From Centroscyllium fabricii (Eukaryota): DNA of 64,000 bases. Below the pieces are notes generated by a model that saw nothing but the letters and a program-made list of their open reading frames with translations, ran no database searches and was not told the origin of the DNA. A program made the position numbers and the translations under genes. The stretch covers positions 179,924,001 through 179,988,000 of the forward strand of contig JBNRSN020000005.1 in the NCBI GenBank assembly GCA_051313645.2, read 5' to 3'. This document shows positions 23,601-35,200 of the stretch, piece by piece. Within the stretch, counting starts at the first letter, position 1. Every line of letters starts with the position of its first letter.

Positions 23601-24795
23601 TGGATGAGGGTAGTGCAGTTGATGCGGTCTACATGGACTTCAGTAAGGCTTTTGACGGTCACACATGGGAGACTGGTTAAGAAGGTAAGAGCCCATGGAA
23701 TCCAGGGCAATTTGGCACATTGGATCCAAAATTGGCTTAGTGGCAGGAGGCAGAGGGTGATGATCGAAGGTTGTTTTTGTGACTGGAAGCCTGTATCCAG
23801 TGGGGTACTTCAGGTATCTGTGCTGGGTCCCTTGCTGTTTGTAGTGCACATTAATGATTTAGGTATGAATGTAGGAGGTAGGATCAGATGAGACAAATAT
23901 TGGCAGGGTGGTAAATAGCGAGGAGCAAAGCCTCAGGCTACAGGACGATATAGATGGGTTGGTTAGATGGGCAGAACAATGGCAAATGGAATTTAACCCT
24001 GAAAAGTGAGAGGTGATGCATTTTGGAAGGACTAACAAGGCAAGGGAATACACAATGAATGGTTGGACCCTAGGAAAGACAGAGGATCAGAGGGACCTTG
24101 GTGTGCATGTACATAGATCCCTGAAGGCCAGGTAGATAACGTGGTTAAAAAGGCATATGGGATACTTGCCTTCATTAGCCGAGGCATAGAATAGCCGAGG
24201 CATAGAATATAAGAGCAGGGAGGTTATGATGGAGCTGTACAAAACGCTAGTTAGGCCACAGCTGGAATACTGTGTGCAGTTCTGGTTGTCACACTGCAGG
24301 AAGGATGTGACTGCATTGGAGAGGATGCAGAGGAGATTCACCAGGATGTTACCTGGGCTGCAGCGCTTCAGGTATGAAGAGAGACTGGACAGGCTGGGGT
24401 TGTTTTTTTAGAGCAGAGAAGGCTGAGGGAGGACCTGTTTGAGGTGTACAAAATTGAGGGGCATAGATAGGGTAGATAGAAAGGAACTTTTCCCCTTAGT
24501 AGAGGGGTCAATAACCAGGGGCATAGTTTCAACCTAAGGGGCAGGAGGTTTAGAGGGGATTTGAGGAAAAACCTTTTCACCCAGAGGGTGGTTGGAATCT
24601 GGAACTCACTGCCTGAATGGGTGGTAGAGGCAGGAACCCTCAACATCCAAGAAGCATTTAGATGAACACTTGAAACTCCATAGCATACAAGGCTATGGAC
24701 CAAGTGCTGGAAAATAGGATTAGAATAGGTAGAGCTTGATGGAGGCGTAGACACAATGGGCCGAAGGGCCTCTTTCTGTGCTGTATAACTCTGAC
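20700..24795 (+). mobile_element. Near full-length degenerate CR1 LINE (esterase-type ORF1; APE-RT ORF2)
   Basis: ORF1 DSIVR...VCCLPSARV...HIGAND (SGNH-like); ORF2 [56 protein letters not shown]; many stops and frameshifts; 5' limit uncertain. Confidence 0.88.
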
Positions 24796-24975
24796 TACTA
24801 AATTCCTGTCGCAGCGACAATAGGCCAAAATTACACATTAGGTGGTTTAATAACCTTTTTCTTTAATACGTTACAACAGCCAAACATTTAAAAATTAATC
24901 ACATATTTAAGATCTAGCAGGTGCTTATGTTACCACATTTAAAGTATAAACCTCAGCACATTTGCTGATTGACAG

Positions 24976-25551
24976 TTGCTGCAGTTGTACAGGGCCTTGG
25001 TGAGACCACACCTTGAGTATTGTGTGCAGTTTTGGTCACCTTATCTGAGGAAGGATGTTTTTGCCATGGAGGGCGTGCAGCACAGATTCACCAGGCTGAT
25101 ACCTGGGATGGCAGGAATGACGTATGAAGAGATTGGGTCGATTGGGCTTATATTCGCTAGAGTTTAGAAGAATAAGAGGGGATCTCATTGAAACTTATAA
25201 AATTCTAACAAGACTAGATGCAGGAAGGATGATCCTGATGGCAGAGTCCAGAACCAGGGGTCACAGTCTAAGGATAAGGGGTAAGCCATTTAGGACTGAT
25301 GAGGAGGAATTTCTTCACCCAGAGAGTGGTGAACCTGTAGAATTCTCTACCACAGAAGGCAGTTGAGGCCAACTTCTTAAATATATTCAAGAAGGAGTTA
25401 GATATATTTCTTGAGGCTAAAGGGATCAAGGGATATGGGGAGAAAGCAGGGACAGGGTACTGAATTTGGATGATCAGCCATAATCTCATTAAATGGCAGA
25501 ACAGGTTTGAGGGGCCGAATGGCCTACTCCTGCTCCTATCTTCTATGTTTC
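24976..25551 (+). mobile_element. CR1 LINE 3' fragment
   Basis: [21 protein letters not shown]...TRGHSLRIRG; tail shared with the HE1-like SINEs. Confidence 0.88.
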
Positions 25552-25884
25552 AAACAGGCATGCAGACTGCATGCAGGCCAGTGAGCATCTTGTATATTAC
25601 CAAATAAATTCCAGAAGCTCCATTGGCATAAATGACAAGTTTGATATTTAACAAGCCAAACATTTGACAGTGGAGAAGTTGTGAGAATGAGTGCTCAGAG
25701 TAATAATGCCATCAACATTCCAAACTTATTCTCCAACCTCAAACTTTTCAATGTTGCATGTACAAATATGCTTACATAATAATAGAATGTTTGGAGATCA
25801 CAAATATTGATTTACTTATTTCTCCAATGGACAGGTAGTCAACGTGTCTCCAGTGACATTTCTAATATATAAATTAGTCAATAC

Positions 25885-25962
25885 CTCTTCGTTCCTGATG
25901 ATGGCAATGCCCACAATTTCCGTCAATACTTCAGCAACAATTGCTTGAATTGGAGTCCCATC
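25885..25962 (-). CDS. CFAP61: CFAP61 coding exon (78 nt): DGTPIQAIVAEVLTEIVGIAIIRNEE
   Basis: TTTTGCCAG acceptor, GAG|GTATTG donor, phase 0/0; joins in frame to DIEYIRSHY. Confidence 0.92.
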
Positions 25963-26986
25963 CTGGCAAAATAAATAGCAGAATGGTAACATACGCATTA
26001 CTAGTTAAACTGGAAAATCACTCAAGTTAAACAGGAAAAAATACAAACTTTGTAGGTTTGAGTAACAAAGTCAAAAATTTGGAGGCAACAAAGTTCTGTG
26101 ACCAATTGGAAGGGACCTAAAACTAATTGGTAAATCAGACATGATGTCAAACTCATTAAAGGAAATGAGAGGTTGCCATGCTCCATGTTACTTATTAATT
26201 AATACTTAATTATACAGAATTTTAATTTCTGACTAACAGTATGGAATTGTTTTTGGTTGTACAACCAACTCTGAAGGTCTCTGGTATAAATGAAGGGACT
26301 ATGGTGCATGCTGCTGTTAAATGAAAAGGCATAACAGTAATCGCAGACAACACATACCTGATCTCAGCATAGAATTTCAATCTGACAAATCAATTCCACT
26401 AGTTGTAACACTTAATGTATAATCTTCATCCACAATAAAACATTACTCAATTACTTGGGTTTCATTTGCTCATCACAGTGAAACAATTAGAAATCGAGCA
26501 CATATAACCTCTTGTAAAGGGATTGCATTTTCTAAAACAATTTTGATTCGGTTGCAGCGGCAGTGATTAAAGGTACAGGTCTAACGTACAGATATCATCT
26601 GCTTTTAATTTTTAAGCACATTGCAGAAACCTTGGTACAGTTTATTGGAAAAGCATTTGTGTTTACCCATACTCAACTTCACCAGTTCAAAATATACATG
26701 AGCTAAAGTAAATATCAGGTCAAAGTAATGAGAAGTAAGAGAGTACAGACCTTATTTTAGGCTATACCCCTCCCCAATCTTGAGAATAGTGAGAAAGGGA
26801 GTGCTTTCTATCATGTGACCTTTAGTAATAAGGGAGCCATAAACAAAGCATGATCGCTGTCTATCAAATTACTACAGGGAGATGTGGGAGAGTGAGATAT
26901 CTACTGTGTTTCAAGAAATTGCATTTCCTTTACAGTGAACTATTTTTAATTATTATACTTAAGAAATGAAGTGGTTTAAAATGCCA

Positions 26987-28107
26987 CCTTCCATACTAGT
27001 GCTTCCAATATGTCTTCCTTTATCCTCAACCGAGGATTCCCCTTTACCGTGGTTCACATGGCCCTTGACTGTATTCGTTCTATTTCCCGCACTTCTGCTC
27101 TCACCCCTTCCCCTCCCTCCCAGAACCACAACAGGGTTCCCCTTGTCCTCACCTTTCACCCCACCAGCCTTCACATTCAACGTATCATCTTCCACCATCC
27201 CCAGCGTGATCCCACCACCAAACACATCTTCCCCTCCCCTCTTCTTTCAGCATTCCAAAGGGACCGCTCCCTCCGCAACACCCTAGTCCACTCCTCAATC
27301 ACCCCCAGCACCCCTTCCCCTTCACACGGCACCTTACTGTGCAAGCGCAGGAGATGTAACACCTGCCCTTTTACCTCCTCCCTTCCCACTGTCCAGGGCC
27401 CCAAACATTCCTTCAGATGAAAGTGATTTACTTGTACGTCCTGTAATTTAGTATACTGTATTTGCTGCTCACAATGCGGTCTCCAACAGTGGGGAGACCA
27501 AACACAGATTGGGTGACCGCTTTGCGGAACACCTCTGTTCTGTACGAAAGCGTGACCCTGAGCTTCCGGTTGGCTGTCACTTTAATTCTCCGCTCCACTC
27601 CCACTCTGACCTCTCCGTTCTCGGCCCCCTACACTGTTACGATGAAGCTCAACGTAAGCTCGAGGAACAGCACCTCCTATTTCGATTAGGTACTTTACAG
27701 CCTACTGGACTCCACATCGAGTTCAACAATTTCAGACCATAACCTCTGCCCCTATATGTTTTCCACATAGCAGCTGTTGATGATTCGGCTGTTCCCATTT
27801 ACACCTCATCTGGACTTATTTTTTGTTTCTTAGCTTGTCCCATTACCATCTCCTTTTGCCTTTCACCATCATCCCTTTTTGTTTCTTAATCTCTCCTGCC
27901 TTCCATCCAATCACAGGCCTTCCCTTTTGTTCTTTCCTCCCCTCTTTCCCTGCCCCTGCACTTGTTTACATCTCTAACTTTTTCCAATTCTGACGAAAGG
28001 TTATCGACCTAAAACGTTAACTCGGTTTCTCTCTCCACAGATGCTACCTGACCTGTTGAGCATTTCCAACATTTTTTGTTCATCCGCAGTATACTGCTTT
28101 TGGTATT
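26987..28107 (+). mobile_element. 5'-truncated Penelope-like element (RT C-terminus, GIY-YIG endonuclease relic, pLTR)
   Basis: RVPLVLTFHP, C.R.RC.TC, GET...LGDRFAEH...VGCHFN...RKLEEQHL.FRLGTLQP.GL; 15-bp direct repeat TGGTTTAAAATGCCA at 26972-26986 and 28108-28122. Confidence 0.88.
27986..28023 (+). ncRNA. Mutated minimal hammerhead motif in the Penelope pLTR
   Basis: CTGACGA-A-AGGT(TATCG)ACCT-AAAA-CGTT; the GAAA box reads AAAA, so probably inactive. Confidence 0.5.
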
Positions 28108-28154
28108 TGGTTTAAAATGCCAATATTTTGAGTCACAATCCAAGGAAGGCTGTG

Positions 28155-28600
28155 TCTGCTGTGGCTCACTTGGTAGCACCCTTGCCTCTGAGTCAGAAGG
28201 TTGTGGGAATTGAGCACAAAAATCTAGGCTGACACTGCAGTGCAGTACTGAAGGAGTGCTGCACTGTCAAAGGTGCTGTCTTTTGGATGAGACGCTAAAT
28301 GTGGACCCGTCTGCCCTCAGGTGGACGTAAAAGATCACATGGCACTATTTTGAAGAAAAGCAGGGGAGTTATCCCTGGTGTCCTGGTCAATATTTATCCC
28401 TCAATCAACATCAATGAAAAACAGATCATCTAGTTATTATCACATTGCTGTTTATGGGAGATTGCTGTGCGCAAATTGGCTGCCACGTTTCCTACATTAC
28501 AACAGTGACTGAACTTCAAAAAGTACTTTGTTGGCTGTGAAGCGCTTTTGGATGTCTAGTGGTTGTGAAAGGTGCTATGTAAACGCAAGTCTTTCTTTCT
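28155..28600 (+). mobile_element. Deu-domain SINE (SacSINE1/AmnSINE-like)
   Basis: tRNA-like head GTGGCTCA.TTGGTAGCAC; Deu-like core GATGAGACG...GTAAAAGATC.CATGGCACT; (CTTT)n tail. Confidence 0.7.
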
Positions 28601-28787
28601 TTAATAGATGTTGTATTTTGAAGTCTTTCTTTTACAAGTGTATGATTACCTCAATTTTCATCCAATACCCTTAGTCTCCCCAAACTATTTACCATCTCAA
28701 TGAGATATCCGTTTGGGTATGAGTGAATAAAAGTGGCAGCTTCTGCCAAAAACACTCTTAGCCAGCCATCGAGAGGGGTATTACAAT

Positions 28788-29848
28788 GGGCCGGATTTTC
28801 CCATGGCCCCCGAGGCCAAACGTGTGAGTATGGAGCGGGTACTCACACGTGCGGCCCTCAGAAGTGCTGGTTCTGTGCGTGCACCGAGCATGCGCACAGA
28901 ACCAGTACTTCCGATGCCGGCTCTGGGAGGGTCAAGAGCCGGAGCGCGTTGGCGACGCAGTGCACTTCCGATTTTGTTGGAAGTTTATCGAGGTAAGTAT
29001 CGGAAAAGATACGGCTCAAAATATCAGCCGTAACGACCCATTTTTAGCAGGTAAGTCTCTATTTTATTCAATTTATGTATTTCTTTCACAGGTTTTTTAT
29101 TTTTAAATAATTTAAACAAAGGTAGTTTTTTAGCCCAGTTAAAACAAAATATTTTTTCAACATTTTTATTTTTTGTTTAAAATAGGAAATTTATGTTAGT
29201 GATAGTAATGTTAAAAATGTGGTGTTTTTTTAAATTTATTTTGTTTGGTGTGTTTTTGGGGCTCTTGCATTTCATAACTTTGACAGATCTGTCTGTCAAA
29301 GTTATGCATGGCGGATCCTTGTTAGTGATTGGCTCCCCGCAGACCACGTGGTCCCGCGCGGAGCTTCCCCACTAACTATGATGCTGAGTTCATAGAATCA
29401 TAGAAGATAGGAGCAGGAGTAGGCCATTCAGCCCTTCGAGCCTGCTCCGCCTTTCAATGAGATCATGGCTGATCTTTAGCAAGCTAGTACCCCGTCCCCG
29501 CCTTTTCTCCGTAACCTTTAATCCCTTTAGCTTGAAGAAATATATCCAATTCCCTCTTGAATATGTTTAATGAACTGGCCTCCACCGCCCTCTGTGGCAA
29601 GGAATTCCACAGGCCCACCACTCTCTGAGTGAAGAAATTCTTCCTCATGTCTGTCCTAAATGGTTTACCCCTTATTCTTAGACTGTGGCCCCTGGTTCTG
29701 GACTCCCCCTCAGCACGGCACGTGGAGCTTGGAGCAGGCCAGAGAATCAAGATTTCAAATCTTAAAAGAGGACAACGGCAGGTGCGCTCCGCAAGTGTAG
29801 GTTTGAAGCTTGCACCCGCGGCAAGGCTCCGAGGCTAATTTTTAGGCC
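28788..29848. mobile_element. MITE-like element with an AT-rich core, interrupted by a CR1 3' fragment (29392-29710, minus)
   Basis: GGGCCGGATTTT...TTTAGGCC ends; architecture like 57094-57823; CR1 motif TRGHSLRIRG...FFTQRVV.LWNSLP. Confidence 0.55.
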
Positions 29849-30275
29849 AAGGACTTTCCCTCTGACGCCTCCCCACATCATTGCAACTGATAAGTGTTGT
29901 AAGCATATCAAATCTGTATCCCTTACTGTTAAATGTCATGAGCCTGAAATTCTGATCCAGTTGCTCTGCCGGTGAAAGTGCAACAGAGTAGATTCTAAAT
30001 CCATCAATGCAGGGAGACCCAGACACCATCCCAAATTATCATCTGCATACTCAGGGCAGGTGGCCTGCATTTGTAAATGTGCATCATTGGTACCAGCCAT
30101 GACAACAGCCCGGAAAACTGGTGTGGTGCTATGTGGATCGATGACCTAGGAAGGGCCGAGACCAGACAGGCCAAAATTTTAAAGTTTGCTCCTAAGGATG
30201 CGCTGGCCCATCAAGTTAAAGTACTCAGTCGTCTCCAGGATCAATTACCTTTAACCTGTAAAAAGACCTGGACCT

Positions 30276-30587
30276 GGGCGGCACGGTGGCATAGTGGTTA
30301 GCACTGTTGCCTCACAGCACTGGAGACCCGGGTTCAAATCCAGTCTCGGGTACTATCTGTGTGGAGTTTGCACATTCTTCCCGTGTCTGCGTGGGTTTCC
30401 TCCGGGTGCTCCAGTTTCCTCCCACAGTCCAAAGATGTGCAGGTTAGGTTGATTGGCCAGGATAAATTGACCCTTAGTGTTAGGGGGATTAAATATGTGG
30501 GGTTATGGGGATAGGGTAGGATATGTGTCGGTGCAGGCGTGATGGGCCGAAATGGTCTCTATCCGCACTGTAGGGATTCTATGATTC
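30276..30587 (+). mobile_element. HE1-like SINE with a shorter tail
   Basis: Same head and body as 14344. Confidence 0.85.
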
Positions 30588-32209
30588 TTTCTGGAGCCTC
30601 AGTGGGGCTCACACAAGCTCTTAGCTGACTAGAGTTCTGCTGAGGCCTGCAAAGAGCAGAATTCCCAAGGTAGCTCAGGAAGTCCCCTAAAAATGCCACT
30701 TGATATGGATGTGGGGTGGGTGAAAAATGTTCTCTTTATTTCCCCTTCCACTGTAAAATATCTCCGTTGTTCCAATGGGGCAGACTGCCAGCAGAACCAG
30801 ATTCTGCCCCATTTTCCTGTCCCCCAATGGGTGATCCACCTCAACTCTGCCCAGGGCCCAACTGGAATTTTGGCCATGATATATTTATGCTCTTGTAAAC
30901 TGCACCGCAAAAATTGTTTCACGTTTAATTTTCCAATGACTATTCAACATAACATTGGAGGCATTTTCCATCTCCTTTGCTCATTTTCATACAGTATGGC
31001 TTCAGTGGACCAAGTATTGAAGTTGAAAAGTGCCAGTGGTGGCACCAGGTACTGATACATCATCACAACATTAGGCGCAAGAAAGAGAAATAGCTGTGAC
31101 TCTCTCAATATGTGGGACATTTAAAAATACATTGATGCATTAAAGAGGGATAACAAAAGAGTGACAAAGCTGATTCTGGGATTTAAGGGTCAACATTAGA
31201 AAAAGAACGAAATATGTTATCACTGAAGAAAAGACTGAAAGGGATCATGTAAGCCTATAAATTCTCAGACAGAAATAATTATGTAAGTTATTTAACTTAG
31301 ACCATTACTGTAAAACTAGAAACCCCTATTACAAATTTGTCAAGACTCTAGCAAAACAAGAAACCAGAAAAAATCACTCTTCCCCTCCCCCAATGATGGA
31401 ATTGAGATGTAGAACAGACACAGCAAAATGTTGTCTCCATCAACTCCTTTAAAAAGTGCTGGATACTTATCTGATTAAGAGCATGACTCAAAGCTGCAGT
31501 GCATAGATGATTAGTTAGTTAGTTAGTTAGACATGAACATAATTGTCCATGGAGAAATCATCTGTGGACTGCATGTAACTGATTTGAATAGTGCAGGTTC
31601 TAAAGTTGGTTTCATAGCCCACAGTTATTGTTTTTCAGGGGGAGGGGGAGCGCAGATTCATGGAAATATTGCAGAGCTTTACTTTCTTCAAGGTTTTAAT
31701 TGTGATTAGTTGAATTTCAAGGGATTCAATGGGTTGGGGTGGAGTCCATGATGATGAAAATTTCACAATCTGTATTTCACAATCTGTGATGGGGTCATTG
31801 TTTCGACATTTTGCACCATTTGGCCTAGGGTTGCCAACTCTGGTTGGATGTTTGCCTGGAGGTTTCATTCCATGATCTTCTGTCTTCAACTGCCCTGACA
31901 CAGCCTATTTTCCCATCTCCAATTACTAATAAATGAAAGATTTTGATATATGTAAAATAAATCAGTCTGTTGGTTTATAATTGACCTCATCTCACTAGAG
32001 TTCATCAGCTGACATTTGGAAGATAGGAGAAACACATGTGCAAAATGTGAAAGATTACAGTATCCAGTTCACATAACAAGGGGTGTTCACACTATCATAT
32101 GACTAGATACAAGGCAGTAATGGTAAATGCACAGTCCACTTACAGGAGGGACTGATGATGCTAAACCAGACATATAATTTGTAACAGGAAGGAATGAACT
32201 TGATAGAGA

Positions 32210-35200
32210 CATAGAAACATAGAAGGTGGGAGCAGCAGTGGGTTATTCGGCCCCTTGAGCCTGCTCCGCCATTCAATGCGATCATGGCTGATCAGCCAAA
32301 TTCAATACCCTGTCCTTGCTTTCTCCCCATATCCCTTGATCCCTTTAGCCTTAAGAAATATATCCAACTCCTTCTTGAATATATTTAATGAATTGGCCTC
32401 TACTGCCTTCTGTGGTAGAGAATTCCACAGGTTCACCACTCTCTGGGTGAAGAAATTCCTCCGCATCTCTGTCCTAAATGGTTTACCCCTTATCATTAGA
32501 CTGTGTCCCCTGGTTCTGGACTCTTTCACCATCGGGAACATTCTTCCTGCATCTAGTCTGTCTAGTCCTGTTAGAATTTTATAAGTTTCAATGAGATCCC
32601 CTCTCATTCTTCTAAACTCCAGCGAGTACAAACCCAATCGACCCAATTTCTCATCATACGTCATTCCTGCCATCCCAGGTATCAGCCTGGTGAATCTTCG
32701 CTGTACTCCTTCCAAGGCGACCATAACTGCACACAATTTTCAAGATGTGGTCTCACCAAGGCCCTGTACAACTGCAGAAAGACATCCTTGTTCCTGTACG
32801 CAAACCATCTTGCTACGAAGGCCAACATACCATTTGCCTTCTTAACCACCTGCTGCACCTGCATGCTTACCTTCAGTGACTGGTGCACAAGAACGCCCAG
32901 GTCTCGTTGCACTTCCCCTTCTCCCAATCTATTGCTATTCAGGTAATAATCTGCCGCCTTATTTTTGACACCAAAGTGTATAACCTCGCATTTATCCACG
33001 TTATATTGCATCTGCCATGCTTCTGCCCAATCACCCAACCTGTCCAAATCATACTGAAGTTTCTTGGCATTCTCCTCAGCACTCACGCTCACCCAGCTTT
33101 GTGCCATCTGCAAACGAGGAGATATTACATCTCGTTCCCTCGTCCAGATCATTAATATATATTGTGAATAGCTGGGGTCCAAGGACCGATTCTTGCGGTA
33201 CCCCACTAGTCACTGCCTGTCACTCGGAAAAAGAGCCGTTTATTCCAACTCTTTGCTTTCTGTCTGCCAACCGGTTCTCTATCCAAGTCAATAACTTGCC
33301 CCCAATCCCATGTGCCTTAACTTTACACGCTAATCTCTTATGCGGGACCTTATCGAAAGCCTTTTGAAAGTCCAAGTACACCACATTCACTGGTTCTCCC
33401 TTATCTATTTTACCAGTTACATCCTCAAACAATTCCTGTAGCTAAGTCGAGCACGATTTACCTTTTGTAAATCCATGTTGACTTTGTCTGAACCGGTCAC
33501 TATTTTCCAAGTACTCTGCTATTACATCTTTTATAATGGACTCTAGCATTTTCCCCACTACTGATGTCAGGCTTACCAGTCTGTAATAACCCGTTTTCTC
33601 TCTACCACCTTTTTTGAACATTAGCTACCCTCCAATCCATGGGTACTGTTCCACAGTCTATCGAATTTTGGAAGATGACCAGCAAAGCATCCACTATTTC
33701 TAGGGCCACTTCCTTAAGTACCCTCGGATGTAGATTATCAGGCCCTGGGGATTTATCGGCCTTCAATTCCATCAATTTCTCTAACACCATTTCCCTACAG
33801 ATACTACTTTCTATCAGTTCCTCCCTTTCATTAGACCCTGTGGTAATATTGAACAGACTTCCGGGGGAAGGCTAAGGGGTGAACTCTGTACATGTCACTT
33901 CCTGTTTTCTATTAGTATAAATACTAGAACTGCTCAGTATGGGGGAACGCTTCACCTGGAAGCATGGTAAAACCCGTCTTTGTACATAGTGATAATGTAG
34001 TGGATTAAAGCTTAAGTTATTGATATATCAGACTCCATTATTACATCAATTTAATCCACTAAAAACTTCACGCTCAAAATCCTTAAAACTTTTGGACGGC
34101 ACGGAACTGAGGATCCAGGGACCAACCCATCATGGAAAGCCTCCTCAAACCTACTCACCTGGATCTGGACCCAAATGCACCAGCAGCTGCCAAGGTATGG
34201 AAGCATTGGTTCCATACTTTTGAGAATTTTCTTGAAGAATGTTGTGAGGATGCCTCTACCAAACTACGATTACTTGTGAATTATGTGTCCCCCAACGTAT
34301 ATGAATATGTTGATAAATGGGATAACTATAATGAGGTAATCCAAGCACTGAAAGAACTATATACTAAGGCCCCAAACGAGGGCTATGCTAGACATTTACT
34401 GTCCATGGCCCAACAAAGGCCAGGGCAATCGATTCAGGAGTTCCTTCAAGAACTTCGCAGGCTCAGTGTAGATTGTAATTTTAAGGCAGCCTCGGCTGAG
34501 GTGTACCACGAAGAAATGATTCGAGATACTTTCATCTGCGGGATCGCCTCTCCATTTATACGCCAGCGTCTGCTAGAGAGAAACACGCTTGAGCTATCAA
34601 AGGCTTTTGACCTGGCTTGTGCTCTGGACTTGGCAAAAGAAAAATTCAGACCTCTATCAGCTGCCCAGATCGCGAACTGCTGCTGCAACTGCAATCAGAC
34701 CATTCAAGGGGCCTCAGGTGGACCCTATCATGGAAGAATCTAGTCTTGATGAGTTCAGTGATGAGGAAGAGGATGACCCCACTTTAGCAGCCTCTTGGCA
34801 ATCTAGGAAGAAATGCTTCTTTTGTGGAGACTCTTTCCACCCTAGGAAATTCTGCCTTGCTCGCAATGCAATTTGCAGTCATTGCAGTAAAAAAGGACAC
34901 TTTGCAAAAGTTTGCCAATCAAGAGCCTCTACGAGGGCCTATCAAGCTAAGGCCTACCGAGCTGCCCCAATTAGGGCCTATCAAGATGCTCCAGCTAGGA
35001 CCTATCGAGCTCCTTCCCGAAGAAACACACCTGGAATTACAGCCTCCCTCTGTGCAACCACACCAATTACAGCTGCCTGCCCTCAAAATTTATTTCATGC
35101 AGCTACAAAAGTCTCGATTAATGGGCATACCTTTGATGCCATAATTGACTCGGGAAGTACTGATAGTTTCATTAGAAAACAGATTGTTGAGAATTTGAAA

